64,000 bases of DNA, from the NCBI RefSeq assembly GCF_046119375.1, contig NW_027362770.1, forward strand, positions 172,112,001-172,176,000, given 5' to 3'. Under the pieces are notes generated by a model. It saw only the letters and a program-made list of their open reading frames with translations, was not told the DNA's origin and made no database searches. A program made the position numbers and the translations under genes. The number at the start of each line of letters is the position of its first letter. The stretch's first letter is position 1. Positions 35,201-48,123 of this stretch are shown here, piece after piece. The stretch comes from Phyllobates terribilis (Eukaryota).

Positions 35201-38200
35201 CCATGCTATGCGGCTGGGGGGAGGGGGGTAGGGGCCATGCTATGTGGCTGGGGGGAGGGGGGTAGGGGCCATGCTATGTGGCTGGGGGGAGGGGGGTAGG
35301 GGCCATGCTATGTGGCTGGGGGGAGGGGGGTAGGGGCCATGCTATGTGGCTGGGGGGAGGGGGGTAGGGGCCATGCTATGTGGCTGGGGGGAGGGGGGTA
35401 GGGGCCATGCTATGTGGCTGGGGGGAGGGGGGTAGGGGCCATGCTATGTGGCTGGGGGGGGGGTAGGGGCCATGCTATGTGGCTGGGGGGGGGGGGTAGG
35501 GGCCATGCTATGTGGCTGGGGGAGGGGGGTAGGGGCCATGCTATGTGGCTGGGGGAGGGGGGTAGGGGCCATGCTATGCGGCGGGGGGGGGGTAGGGGCC
35601 ATGCTATGTGGCTGGGGGGGGGTAGGGGCCATGCTATGTGGCAGGGGGTAGTCGGGGTCCTGCTAGGCGGCGGGGGTAGTGGGTCGGTGCCATGCTATGC
35701 GGCGGGGGTAGTGGGTCGGGGCCATGCTATGCGGCGGGGGTGGTCGAGGCCATTTTGGGGGGGGGGGGGCCTGGGCCATGCTACGTGGCGGGGGGGTGGT
35801 CGGGGTCATGCTAGGCGGCGGGGGTGGGTCGAGGCCATGCTATGCAGCGGGGGGAGTGGGTCGAGGGGAGTTGGTTCGGTGCCATGCTATGGGGCGGGGG
35901 AAGTGGGTCGGGGCCGTGCTATGCGGGGGGGGGGGTCAGGGCCATGCTATGCGGCGGGGGGGTGGGTCAGGGCCATGCTATGTTGTGTGGGGGGTCGTCA
36001 ATGCCATGCTATGCGGCGGAGAGGTCGTCGATGCCATGCTATGCGGCGGGGGTTCATGTTAGGCGGTAGGGGGGGCAAAGCTATGTTAAGCGGTGGGGGT
36101 CGAGACCATGCTAGGCTTAGAGGGGGGGAGTGAGGCTATGGGGGGGTCAAGGCCATGCTATGCGGGGGAGTCGAGGCTATGGGGGGTGTGAGGCTGTGGG
36201 GTGGGGGGTCGAGGCCATGCTATGCGGTGAGGTGGGGGGTCAAGGCCATTCTAGGTGGGAGGGTTGAAGCCATGTTAGGCGGCCGTCTTGAGCGGCGGTG
36301 GGTCGAGGCCACGCTATGCGGCTGGGGGAGCACGGGGCCATGCTGTGTGGCGGGGGGGGGGTTCGAGGGGCCATGCTATGCAGGGGGGGGTGGTCAAGGC
36401 CATGTTGGGGGGGTTGGTTCGGTGCCATGCTATGCGGCGTGGGGAGTGGGTCGGGGCCATGCTATGCACCCAAGGGGGGGGTCGGGGCCATGCTATCTGT
36501 GGGGGGGGTCAGGGCCATGCTATGCGGCCGGGGGGTCGAGGCAATGTTAGGCTGGGGGGCCGGGGCCATGCTACATGGCGGGGGGGGGGGGGTCGAGGTC
36601 ATGCTATGTTGTGTGGGGGGTCGTCGACGCCATGCTATGCGGCGGAGAGGTCGTCGACGCCATGCTATGCGGCGGGGGGGGGGTTCATGTTAGGCGGTAG
36701 GGGGGAGCAAAGGTATGTTAAGCGGTGGGGGTCGAGACCATGCTAGGCTTGGGGGGGGGGGAGTGAGGCTATGGGGGGTCAAGGCCATGCTATGCGGGGG
36801 AGTCAAGGCTATGGGGGGGTGTGAGGCTGTGGGGTGGGAGTCGAGGCCATGCTGTGGGGTGGGGGGGTCGAGGCCATGTTAGGCGGCGGGGGGGGGGTTT
36901 GAGACCATGCTAGGCAGTAGGGGGTCGAAGCGAGACCATGCAGGAGGGGGGGTGTCAAGGCCATGCTATGCGGCGGGGGGGGGGATTGAGGCCATGCTAG
37001 GTGGTGGGAAGGTCGAGACTATGGTATGCAGTGGGGAAGGGGGGTGTCAAGGCCATGCTATCCAGCAGGGGAGGGGGTCGAGGCCATGCTATGCGGCGGG
37101 GGGAGGGTTGAGTCCATGGTAACCAGCGGGGGGGGGGGGCAAGGCCATGCTGTGCAGCGGGGGGAGGGTCGAGGCCATGCTATCCGGCGGGTGGGGTTTG
37201 AGGCCATGCTAGGTGGTGGGAGGGTCGAGACCATGGTATGCCGCGGGGGATGTGTCAAGGCTATGCTATCCGGCAGGGGAGGGGGTTGAGGCCATGCTAT
37301 GCTGCAGGGGGGTTCTAAGCCATTTTAGGCAGCGGGGGGCGAGTTCATGTTGGGGGTCGAGGCCGTGCTAGGCGGTAGGGGGTCGTGGCGACACCATGCA
37401 CAGCGGAGGGGGGAGGGGGGTCGAGGCCATGCTATGCTGTGGAGGGGGGTCAAGGCCATGCTATGCGGCAGGGGGTGGGGCAAAGCCATGATAGGCGGGG
37501 GAGAGGACGGGGGTCGAGGCCATGTTAGGCTCCTTTAGAACAGGTCACCAGTATCAGATCAGTGGAGGTCCGACACTGGGCATCCCCTCCAATTAGCTGT
37601 TAGCCGGTGGCTGTTCTCGGTACTGCAGCTCCGCTTCCATTCATATCAATAGGATTTGCGTTGCAGTACCTGAACATGGCCAGTACACATTGCGTGGCGC
37701 TGTTCTGTACGCTATGTACATCCGGCGATCGTATGACTTTGGATCATCTGATCAGACCCCCAACCGTCCTGGACACCCCCTTTAATGTGTAAAAGATGGC
37801 ATCACATAATGTGTCGGAATATTTTTTTTTACCAAAATAAAAAAAAGTAATAAATAATTTTTCTGTTTCAGCGCTGAATCGGGTGCAGATACTGGGGAGA
37901 GTCGGCCAGGACCCGGTAATGAGACAAGCCGAGGGCAAGAACCCAGTGACCATCTTCTCGGTGGCCACGAATGAACTATGGAGGTCGGGCGAGAGCGAGG
38001 TGTACCAGACAAGTGAGCTGGAAAAAAAACAAAACATTTTTTATAGGCCCCTCGTCCCTTTAAGACCACCTCTGTGTTTTTGAAACAGCGCCAGATCAGT
38101 TAATGTGGCTGCTGCCGGTACTGCAGCTCTGTCCCATTGACTTCTATGAAATGATGGTGTTTTCTCTGGTGACCCCTTTGCATGATGGGTGTTATCTCTT

Positions 38201-41200
38201 TGGGTCAGAAGCTGCACCGCAGTCTGCTCCTGCTGTAGTTTCAGGTGGAGCAGGATTTAATTTCTCAAATTATCTTTTCTTGTTCTTTTGTTATCTCAGC
38301 GGGAGACATCAACCAGAAGACGACCTGGCACCGGATCTCCGTTTTCCGCCCCGGACTCCGAGACGTAGCGTATCAGCACATCAAGAAAGGGTGAGTAGTA
38401 CTGTGAAAGCACTACAACTCCCAGCATGCTGGATTGTAGACTAGAGAGGGAAACTGCTTATATGGCAATTCCACTGACCTTGCATTATTGCGTCCTCAGG
38501 GCTCGCGTCTACGTGGAAGGGAAAATCGACTACGGCGAGTACGTTGACAAGAACAATGTCCGCAGGCAAGCGACCACCATCATCGCAGGTGGGTGACCTG
38601 GAAAATAGTATAGGGGGTAGTGGACAACCTCTTTAATTTGTACAGCTCATTCCATTATCCATATTATTGTATTTTGAAGTCTTCTCCTCCACTAGGGGGA
38701 GCTCACTGACACACACAGCTCTCATTGAGCTCAATAATAACTCTGTATAACTCTGTATGCAGTGAGCTCCCCCTAGTGGTGGCCTGAACATTTCCTTTTA
38801 CCCATCTACGAAGCCTTGGATTTTGAGCTCCGGCTCAGACTTTCTAAAACCTGTTGATGGTTCACTTATCTCCAGTACGGTGACCTCCCCTCCCCCACTG
38901 CTTCCCTGAGGCCTCCACATAAAAGGTTTCCCTCATGGTAACACTTTGACTTTCACTCCCAGGCCTTCAGGCTAAGGTTCGCCCCGCGCCCTGCGTGACC
39001 CTTTGTTACTATTCGGAGGAGCAGTTGCCACAGGCAGAAGTTGTGTAGGATTATTATATGCGAGGTCTGCGGCACTTTGTATATTAGTAGAGTTATGTCA
39101 TAGACATAGAATAGTGAGCGCAGCTCTGGAGTATAATACAGGATGTAACTCAGGATCAGTAATGTAATGTATGTACACAGTGACTTCACCAGCAGAATAG
39201 TGAGTGCAGCTCTGGAGTATAATACAGGAGGTAACTCAGGATCAGTAATGTATGTACACAGTGACTGCACCAGCTGAATAGTGAGTGCAGCTCTGGAGAA
39301 TAATACAGGATGTAACTCAGGATCAGTAATGTAATGTATGTACACACTGACTGCACCAGCAGAATAGTGAGTGCAGCTCTGGAGTATAATACAGGATGTA
39401 ACTCAGGATCAGTAATGTAATGTATGTACACAGTGACTGCACCAGCAGAATAGTGAGGGCAGCTCTGGAGTATAATACAGGATGTAACTCAGGATCAGTA
39501 ATGTAATGTATGCACACAGTGACTGCACCAGCAGAATAGCGAGCACAGCCCTGGAGTATAATACAGGAGGTAACTCAGGATCAGTAATGTAATGTATGTA
39601 CACAGTGACTGCACCAGCAGAATAGTGAGTGCAGCTCTGGAGTATAATACAGGATGTAACTCAGGATCAGTAATGTAATGTATGCACACAGTGACTGCAC
39701 CAGCAGAATAGTGAGTGCAGCTCTGGAGTATAATACAAGATGTAACTCAGGATCAGTAATGTAATGCATGTACATAGTGACTGCACCAGCAGAATAGTGA
39801 GTGCAGCTCTGGAGTATAATACAGGATGTAACTCAGGATCAGTACAGGATCAGTAATGTATGTACACAGTGACTGCACCAGCAGAATAGTGAGTGCAGCT
39901 CTGGAGTATAATACAGGAGGTAACTCAGGATCAGTAATGTAATGTATGTACACAGTGACTGCACCAGCAGAATAGTGAGTGCAGCTCTGGAGTATAATAC
40001 AAGATGTAACTCAGGATCAGTAATGTAATGCATGTACATAGTGACTGCACCAGCAGAATAGTGAGTGCAGCTCTGGAGTATAATACAGGATGTAACTCAG
40101 GATCAGTACAGGATCAGTAATGTAATGTACACAGTGACTGCACCAGCAGAATAGTGAGTGCAGCTCTGGGGTATAATACAGTATGTAACTCAGGATCAGT
40201 AATGTATGTACACAGTGACTGCACCAGCAGAATAGTGAGCACAGCTCTGGAGTATAATACAGGATGTAACTCAGGATCAGTACAGGATCAGTAATGTAAT
40301 GTATGTACACAGTGACTGCACCAGCTGAATAGTGAGTGCAGCTCTGGAGTATAATACAGGATGTAACTCAGGATCAGTACAGGATCAGTAATGTATGTAC
40401 ACAGTGACTGCACCAGCAGAATAGTGAGTGCAGCTCTGGAGTATAATACAGGAGGTAACTCAGGATCAGTAATGTAATGTATGTACACAGTGACTGCACC
40501 AGCAGAATAGTGAGTGCAGCTCTGGAGTATAATACAGGAGGTAACTCAGGATCAGTAATGTAATGTATGTACACAGTGACTGCACCAGCAGAATAGTGAG
40601 CGCAACTCTGGGGTATAATACAGGAGGTAACTCCGGATCAGTACAAGATCAGTAATGTAATGTATGTACACAGTGACTGCACCAGCAGAATAGTGAGTGC
40701 AGCTCTGGAATATAATACAGAATGTAACTCAGGATCAGTAATGTAATGTATGTACACAGTGACTGCACCAGCAGAATAGGGAGTGCAGCTCTGGGGTATA
40801 ATACAGAATGTAACTCAGGATCAGTAATGTAATGTATGCACGCAGTGACCTCACCAGCAGAATAGTGAGTGCAGCTCTGGAGTATAATACAGGATGTAAC
40901 TCCGGATCACTAATGTAATGTACAGTCATGGCCAAAAGTATTGAGAATGAGACAAATAGTAATTTTTCCAAAGTTTACTGCTTCATTTTTTGTAATGGCA
41001 ATTTGCATATACTCCTGAATGTCAAAGAGTGATCAGCTTAACAGCAATTACTGTACTTGCAAAGTCAATATTTGCCCAGAAAATGAACTTTAACCCCCAA
41101 AACACATTTCAACATCATTGCAGTCCTGCCTTAAAAGGAGCAGCTAACATCGTTTTAGTGATTGATCCATTAACACAGGTGTGGGTGTTGATGAGGACAG

Positions 41201-43926
41201 GGCTGGCGATCAATCAGTCATGATTAAGTAAGAATGACATCACTGGACACTTTAAAAGGAGGCTGGTTCTTGGTATCATTGTTTCTCTTCAGTTAATCAT
41301 GGTTATCTCTAAAGAAACACGTGCAGCCATCATTGCACTGCACAAAAATGGCCTAACAGGGAAGAGTATCGCAGCTACAAAGATTGCACCTCAGTCAACA
41401 ATCTACCGCATCATCAAGAACTTCAAGGAGAGAGCTACCATTGTTGTCAAAAAGGCTCCAGGGCGCCCAAGAAAGACCAGCAAGCGCCAGGACCCTATCT
41501 TAAAACTGTTTCAGCTGCGGGATCGGACTACCAGCAGTGCCGAGCTTGCTCAGGAATGGCAGCAGGCTGGTGTGAGTGCTTCTGCACGCACTGTGAGGCG
41601 GAGACTCTTTGAGCAAGGGCTGGTTTCAAGGAGGGCAGCAAAGAAGCCACTTCTCTCCAGAAAAAACATCAGGGACCGACTGATATTCTGCAAAAGGTAC
41701 AGGGAGTGGACTGCTGAGGACTGGGGCAAAGTCATTTTCTCTGATGAATCCCCTTTTCGATTGTTTGGGACATCTGGAAAACAGCTTATTCGGAGAAGAA
41801 GAGGTGAGCGCTACCACAGTCTTGTCTCATGCCAACTGTAAAGCATCCTGAAACCATTCATGTGTGGGGTTGCTTCTCAGCCAAGGGAATCGGCTCACTC
41901 ACAGTCTTGCCTAAAAACACAGCCATGAATAAAGAATGGTACCAGAATGTCCTCCAAGAGCGACTTCTCCCAACCGTCCAAGAGCAGTTTGGCGCCCAAC
42001 AATGCCTTTTCCAGCATGATGGAGCACCTTGCCATAAAGCAAAGGTGATAACTAAATGCCTCATGGAACAAAACATAGAGATTTTGGGTCCATGGCCTGG
42101 AAACTCCCCAGATCTTAATCCCATTGAGAACTTGTGGTCAATCATCAAGAGACGGGTGCACAAACAAAAACCAACAAATTCTGGCAAAATGCAAGCATTG
42201 ATTATGCAAGAATGGACTGCTATCAGTCAGGATTTGGTCCAAAAGTTGATTGAGAGCATGCCAGGGAGAATTACAGAGGTCTTGAAGAAGAAGGGGCAAC
42301 ACTGCAAATATTGACTTGCTGCATTAACTCATTCTAACTGTCAATATAACCTATTGGTACTCATAATATGATTGCAATTATATTTCTGTATGTGATATAA
42401 ACATCAGACAAACACTAATAAAAACCAGAGGCCAGCAGATCATGTGAAAATATAATTTTGATGTCATTCTCAAAACTTTTGGCCATGACTGTATGTACAC
42501 AGTGACTGCACCAGCAGAATAGTGAGTGCAGCTCTGGAGTATAATACAGGATGTAACTCAGGATCAGTAATGTAATGTATGTACGCAGTGACTGCACCAG
42601 CAGAATAGTGAGTGCAGCTCTGGAGTATAATACAGGATGTAACTCAGGATCAGTAATGTAATGTATGTACACAGTGACTGCACCAGCAGAATAGTGAGTG
42701 CAGCTCTGGAGTATAATACAGGATGTAACTCAGGATCAGTAATGTATGTATAATGTATGTACGCAGTGACTGCACCAGCAGAATAGTGAGTGCAGCTCTG
42801 GAGGACAGTTCAGGATCAGTAATGTGGTGCTGCTTTTTATGTAGATTGTATCTATATATAATCTGTCTTTAGCGGTTGATCATTATTAATGTATTACTGG
42901 GCGGACGTGTTCTGCAGGATTTGGATCAAGGGCCCCGTCCTCCCTGCTCTGCTCCTCAGGACGTTCTGTTCACCCTTAATGCAGCAGGGAGAATATTATT
43001 TGCTTTTATGATAAATCTCCGGGTCCGGCCGTGACAAATGCTGACAGGATAATTAGCAGCCGGGAGCAGGACGAGCCGGGCCAGATAAACTGGATGAAGA
43101 GTTAGAGAGACGAGTGGTGAAACTTTTCGGAACCGAGTGAGACTACAACTCCCAGCATACTGCGACATGCATTTTCTTGGTTGTTTCTAGGAAAGCTGGG
43201 TCATTTTCATTGTGGTTTTTTTAGGTTGTCACCCAGCTTTTCCAGACTCCATAGCAGAATATTTTATGGAAAGGGCATTTCCACAGATTTTCAGCTGATT
43301 TTGACATTCAGGAGTCTGAGAAAGCGGAGTTAAAACTGCTGTTCGAGTTGTCATAGTCTCCATAGTTGTTATAACCAAACTTTCCAAGACTACGGAACAG
43401 CAAATCTTACGTAAGCGCTCAGGAGCTTGGGTAAGCTGAATAACAACTCTTTATAAGTCGACAATGGCAGCCATATTGGTAATTATCCAACTTTTCCTGA
43501 CTCCAGACTGGATAGAAGCACAAGTTTTTGTTTCTTTTCTTATTGGTTAGGTTGATTTGACATTCAGGAGACTAGGAAAGTTGAGTGACTGCCTCGAGGG
43601 AGTTTTAATATTGGTCATCACCCAGCTTTCTCAGACTCCAGTGTACCATGCACAGAAGTGGTAACACAAGCTGTAGATAACTGGTTTGCCATTCAGGAGT
43701 CTTGAAAATCTGAGTGGAAACACTTGTGTTATCTGTAGTGGCGGCCATGTTGGTTATCACCCAGCTTTCCCAAATAGCTGAAAACCCGGGGTGTATCGAT
43801 CCTTGTCTGGGTCAATTGGCCGTTCAATGATCTGGGAAAGCTGAATCTCTGTCATAATCTTACCTTCTCCCTTCTTCTCTTGCAGACAACATCATTTTCC
43901 TCAGTGACATGCGTGACCGGCTTTGA
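32015..43926 (+). CDS. ssbp1: Mitochondrial single-stranded DNA-binding protein, 146 aa, 6 coding exons
   Basis: Exons 32015-32038, 32210-32264, 37872-38012, 38300-38390, 38500-38588, 43886-43926 total 441 nt, all GT-AG. Protein: [152 protein letters not shown] at 44005. Confidence 0.97.
32990..34456. repeat. 43-bp minisatellite in an ssbp1 intron
   Basis: GTATATACACACATGCTGCACAGTGCCACTCCTCCTGTCCTGT; homogeneous on the right, shorter and more diverged units on the left. Confidence 0.95.
34788..35119. mobile_element. Harbinger-type MITE
   Basis: TIRs GGGTGCGTGCACACG / CGTGTGCACGAACCC with TGA/TTA flanks. Confidence 0.65.
35140..37530. repeat. Highly G-skewed minisatellite (~31-bp unit GGGGCCATGCTATGTGGCTGGGGGGAGGGGGGTA)
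   Basis: Near-perfect units at 35180-35640 degenerate rightwards; a related piece lies at ~32460-32650. Confidence 0.93.
40923..42491 (+). mobile_element. Full-length Tc1/mariner transposon, DD35E (Traveler-like)
   Basis: TIRs CAGTCATGGCCAAAAGT(A/T)TTGAGAATGA; TA TSD at 40921-40922 and 42492-42493; 1569 bp. Confidence 0.95.
41299..42314 (+). pseudogene. Tc1-family transposase with a single apparent 1-nt frameshift
   Basis: ORFs 41299..41841 (paired-like [15 protein letters not shown]) and 41829..42314 ([32 protein letters not shown]). Restoring 1 nt near 41815 gives 338 aa. Confidence 0.92.
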
Positions 43927-44039
43927 TATCGCCTCGTCCTCCAGGGGGCGCCGTGTATATAGAGTTATTAGGATGGTGTCTTTTTCTTTGTAAATTCCTA
44001 AGGAAATAAAAGATTTTCTAAGAAGTACGAGTCCTGATT

Positions 44040-44335
44040 CCTCTCCTGTTTGCCGCGTGCCTCTCCTGTTTGCCGCGCGCCTCTCCTGTTTGCCGCGCGC
44101 CTCTCCTGTTTGCCGCGCGCCTCTCCTTGTTTGCCGCGCGCCTCTCCTTGTTTGCCGCGCGCCTCTCCTTGTTTGCCGCGCGCCTCTCCTTGTTTGCCGC
44201 GCGCCTCTCCTTGTTTGCCGCGCGCCTCTCCTTGTTTGCCGCGCGCCTCTCCTTGTTTGCCGCGCGCCTCTCCTTGTTTGCCGCGCGCCTCTCCTTGTTT
44301 GCCGCGCGCCTCTCCTTGTTTGCCGCGTGCCTCAT
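44040..44335. repeat. 21-bp GC-rich tandem repeat just downstream of the ssbp1 AATAAA
   Basis: CTCTCCTTGTTTGCCGCGCGC about 14 times; the first units are 20 bp. Confidence 0.95.
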
Positions 44336-46599
44336 CAGTCACTTCTATAGGAGTTTTGCGGTTTTCGGAAGTTCAAATAGAAATGAATGTATATAGCTGC
44401 GGCTATCCTACATCCTCCCTGCGCTGTAGTCTGCTACCAGTCACATTGCACATCCTGAGCTGCCTGATTCATGAACAGAATGCAAGAGCAACAGTAAAAT
44501 CTGACACAGGCACATGTGACTTAAAGGGGTTGTCTGGTTCCGTTCACTTCCACACCGAGAAGTGAGTATCACAATCAGCAGATGTGATATCATCAGCACC
44601 ACTCGCCAGACAGCCCTCCTTAAAGGGATAGTCCACTATTTTTTAACTATGGTGGGTGATCTTAAGATACCGGATTCCTGACATTCCTAGGTCCCCTACT
44701 AGCTTCTTGCTTTCTCTTCTGGTAGGAACTTCATGTGACCGCTGCTGCCAGTCAGCAGTCACTGATTGGCAGCAGCAGTCACATGTCGTCTGAGCCTTCT
44801 CTGTCCGCTCGGATGACACGTGACCGTTGTAAGCAATCGACAGCTGTTTGGTTGCAAAACTACAACTCCCAGCAGCCCTGAGTTTCAAATACGACCCCGT
44901 CTTATCTGGGTCTGTTGCGCTTTTCATCCTGAGCCTCCTGGTTCTGGAATCCTAGAGTGACAGTGGAGACTGACAGAGGAATAGGAGCGAGGGGGGAGGG
45001 ATGTAACGACGTAACTGTATAAGCCCCTAAGAGTCTGTAGAAAGCTGGGTGATCGCCCGTCTTGGGAGGGGACCTGACTGGATATTACACTTGCAGTCCT
45101 TTTTATAGCGAGGTTTCCACCAGAGCGAGACGTCAGAGTCCGGTCTATAAACATTTGCTTTGGCGCAGAGGAGCGGGCGCTGGCAGAAGAGGATCTTAAA
45201 GCGGCACTCGCCCTCCGTATCTGCTGTCCCTACTCTTACTTGAAAAGGAGCGAGTCCCCTTTATGTTTTTGTTCTATCTGTTTCTGGGAAAGCTGGGTGA
45301 CAGTCCGTGGAACCGCCATTACCGCTGACTGTCACCCATCTTTCCCAGACTGTCTGGAGATAAATCCTCCTCTTCCACATTGTGGCATTCAGGACCCTAG
45401 GAAAGGTCTGTGCCCGCCCCTTGGGCTGTCACCCAACTTTCCTGTGAACAGATAAGAGAATTGTCCCTAGATATGATCATACACATAATTCCTGGGAACT
45501 ATAACTCCCAGCATGCCCTGACTCTAATGTAAGGGGGTCACATACTTTTGATTGTAGGTCAATGGTTTCCAAACTCTGACAGTGACCCTCTAATTGGGGA
45601 GAGGGGGCATAAACTTTTCATTGTACAGTGCAGGTCCGTGGCTCGCCGACTGTGGGACTACAACTCCCAGAATGCACAGATAAGAGAAAACCCCCTTGTT
45701 GGAGGGAGGGAGGGGGGGCACATACTTTTAACCATATAAACCATACTTTTAACCATATATCGGTCAGTGCCTCTCCTACTGGTGGGCCACTATAACTCCC
45801 AGCATGCCCTGATATCTCATATGGCTACCCTATGATTAGAGGGGGACACATACTTTTGTATCTGGATCTCCAGCTGTTGGGAAACTACAACTCCCATCAT
45901 TACTAGATGTAATTGGAGGGGGGCACATACTTTTGGCTGCGTTCTGTAAGGCAGTGGTCTTCGATCTATAGCTGCTGGGAAGCTTCTTCTCTCCAGCCTG
46001 TGGCTGTCAGGACATGCTGGGAGTTGTAGTCCCCGCTGGCTGGGCACTTTCTCCTGTGTAAACAGGCAGCGCTGACATTTTAATCATCTTTAATGACGAT
46101 CACACAAGACAAACATCCTCCACCGCTCGACCAGGACGATTACACTTTATTAAAACGCCCTTATGTAAATGCTGCTGATCCACAGACTGGCATTAGTCCA
46201 GGGCTGGACTTAAAGGGGAACTCCATATTCCCAATACCTCCCCGGCTGCTGCCGTCTTCCAGCCTCACATCTGTCCGCAGGTTGTGTGTGGCATCGCAAC
46301 GCCGCTCCATTCACGTCAATGGAGAGCTGCAGTACTGGACACAACCTGTGGACAGGGGGGGCGATGTTAGCTTGAGGTCAGTGAATGGAAACATTCCTGA
46401 TTGGGTGCTGTTCACACAGATGCAGTGCTCGTTTCAGTGTAGCTGTGGTGGCAGATGGAAGTTTCAAGATAGAAATAAGAATTTTGCCATTCGCTGACAG
46501 CAAGCCGAGATCTGGAAATGGTGAGGAATTGAAACAGAGTATAGTAGAAAAGGTATTCAACATACACATATATATCTGTAACACCCCATTGTTCAGAGA

Positions 46600-47290
46600 C
46601 CGCCAATTCTTTATTACTTTTTTTTATTCATTTATTTTTTTTATTATTCATTTTTTATTCTTTTTATTATTACTATTTTTTCTTTTATTTTTGTTTTTTT
46701 TACTATTATTTTACAACTATTATTTTACTCTTAATAATATTTTTATATAGCGCCAACATATTTTGCAGCGCTTTACATAAATTATACTCTTGTGTGTTTT
46801 TATTTTAGATTTTTTACTATTTTATTTTACAAATTTTTTGTTATTTTTATTTTTTATTCTTTTTTACTATTTTCCTTTTTTTTAATTTTTTTACTATTTT
46901 CCTCTTTTTTTTTAATTCTTTTTTTACGATTATTATTTTACTGTTTTATGTATTTTTTTTTTTTTTACTATTTTTTTAGTTTTCTCATTTTTTGTTATTT
47001 TTATTTTTTATTCTTTTTTTACAGCTATTATTATTTTACTCATATTATTATTTTTTTTTTTTACTATTTGCCTTTTTTATTTTTATTTTTTTTACATTTA
47101 TGTAATTTTTTTATTCTGTTTTTACTGTTTTACTCGTATTTTTATTTCTATTAATACAAATAATAAAAATAAATACACGAGTACAATGGTAGTAAAAAAA
47201 AAAAAGAACAAAAAAATAAAATAGTAAAAAAAAAATACATAAAATAGTAAAATATTATTACTAATAAATTACTATATTTTTATTTGTGAT
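46600..47290. repeat. AT-rich low-complexity tract containing an L2-type 3' tail
   Basis: T-rich then A-rich halves; ATATAGCGCCAACATATTTTGCAGCGCTTTACA at ~46745-46777. Confidence 0.7.
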
Positions 47291-47957
47291 TATTTTTTGC
47301 AATCCCTTTTTTCAGGTCAGTGAAGGTCGACCTTTGACTTCATGGCTTTATAGCTGGGAGACGTCAATTATGACATCATTGTCATTTACTGTCATTATCT
47401 TTTTTTATTGTTGTCACTTAATTTTTTTTTTTAACTGCACATGGTGATAACTATCTGGAAACCATCAACATGCAGGATAGCGGAGTCTTTATTTGTATGC
47501 TTTTTTTGATGATTGTTTGTGCTCTGTAACCTTTATTGGCTTTAGTGACGCATTAACATCCTGATAAATGCAGTAAAAATCTTTTTTTTTTTTATCTGAG
47601 ACGGAGCAGGAGCCGGATTATCAGATATTCCAGATTATCAGATGTAAATAAAACTCACTTGTAATAACAGTAGAAAATCTTCAGGCACTTAAAACTCTTA
47701 ATAAAAGTGATTTATTTGATTTATTTTTTATTTTCTTTAGCCCCATTTTGTGTTGTTGTTTTTAAATGAAATACCACATTATATTGCAATTCTATTCTTT
47801 TCGGATTATCAGATGCTGAATTTACTGTATTGGCGAAGATAACCAACTATATACAAATAATGACGATATACAAATATACGGTAATAAAGATATATAAATA
47901 ATAATTATAAAAGATTCATCAATGGCATCTTGCTGATGGTTTCCACTGGGCAAAATT

Positions 47958-48123
47958 NNNNNNNNNNNNNNNNNNNNNNNNNNNNNNNNNNNNNNNNNNN
48001 NNNNNNNNNNNNNNNNNNNNNNNNNNNNNNNNNNNNNNNNNNNNNNNNNNNNNNNNNNNNNNNNNNNNNNNNNNNNNNNNNNNNNNNNNNNNNNNNNNNN
48101 NNNNNNNNNNNNNNNNNNNNNNN
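47958..48123. other. Assembly gap (166 N)
   Basis: Run of N. Confidence 1.

Larger units (their letters stand above)
39108..42805. repeat. ~86-bp satellite array, interrupted by a Tc1 element
   Basis: GTATGTACACAGTGACTGCACCAGCAGAATAGTGAGTGCAGCTCTGGAGTATAATACAGGATGTAACTCAGGATCAGTAATGTAAT at 39108-40920 and 42492-42805. Confidence 0.95.

Noticed and set aside
35016-37538. Many Gly-rich ORFs
   Set aside because: Artefacts of the G-rich repeat.
39108-42805. CRISPR-like regular repeats (also 28850-29455 and 26640-27135)
   Set aside because: Units are contiguous with no unique spacers, there are no cas genes, and the context is vertebrate.
44900-45110. Possible type-3 Pol III or snRNA gene behind the ZNF143-type motifs and minus-strand TATA
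   Set aside because: The downstream sequence matches no U6, 7SK, Y, vault, RNase P/MRP or tRNA start that I recognise.
46792-47154. Hydrophobic Phe-rich ORF resembling a membrane protein
   Set aside because: T-rich low-complexity sequence.
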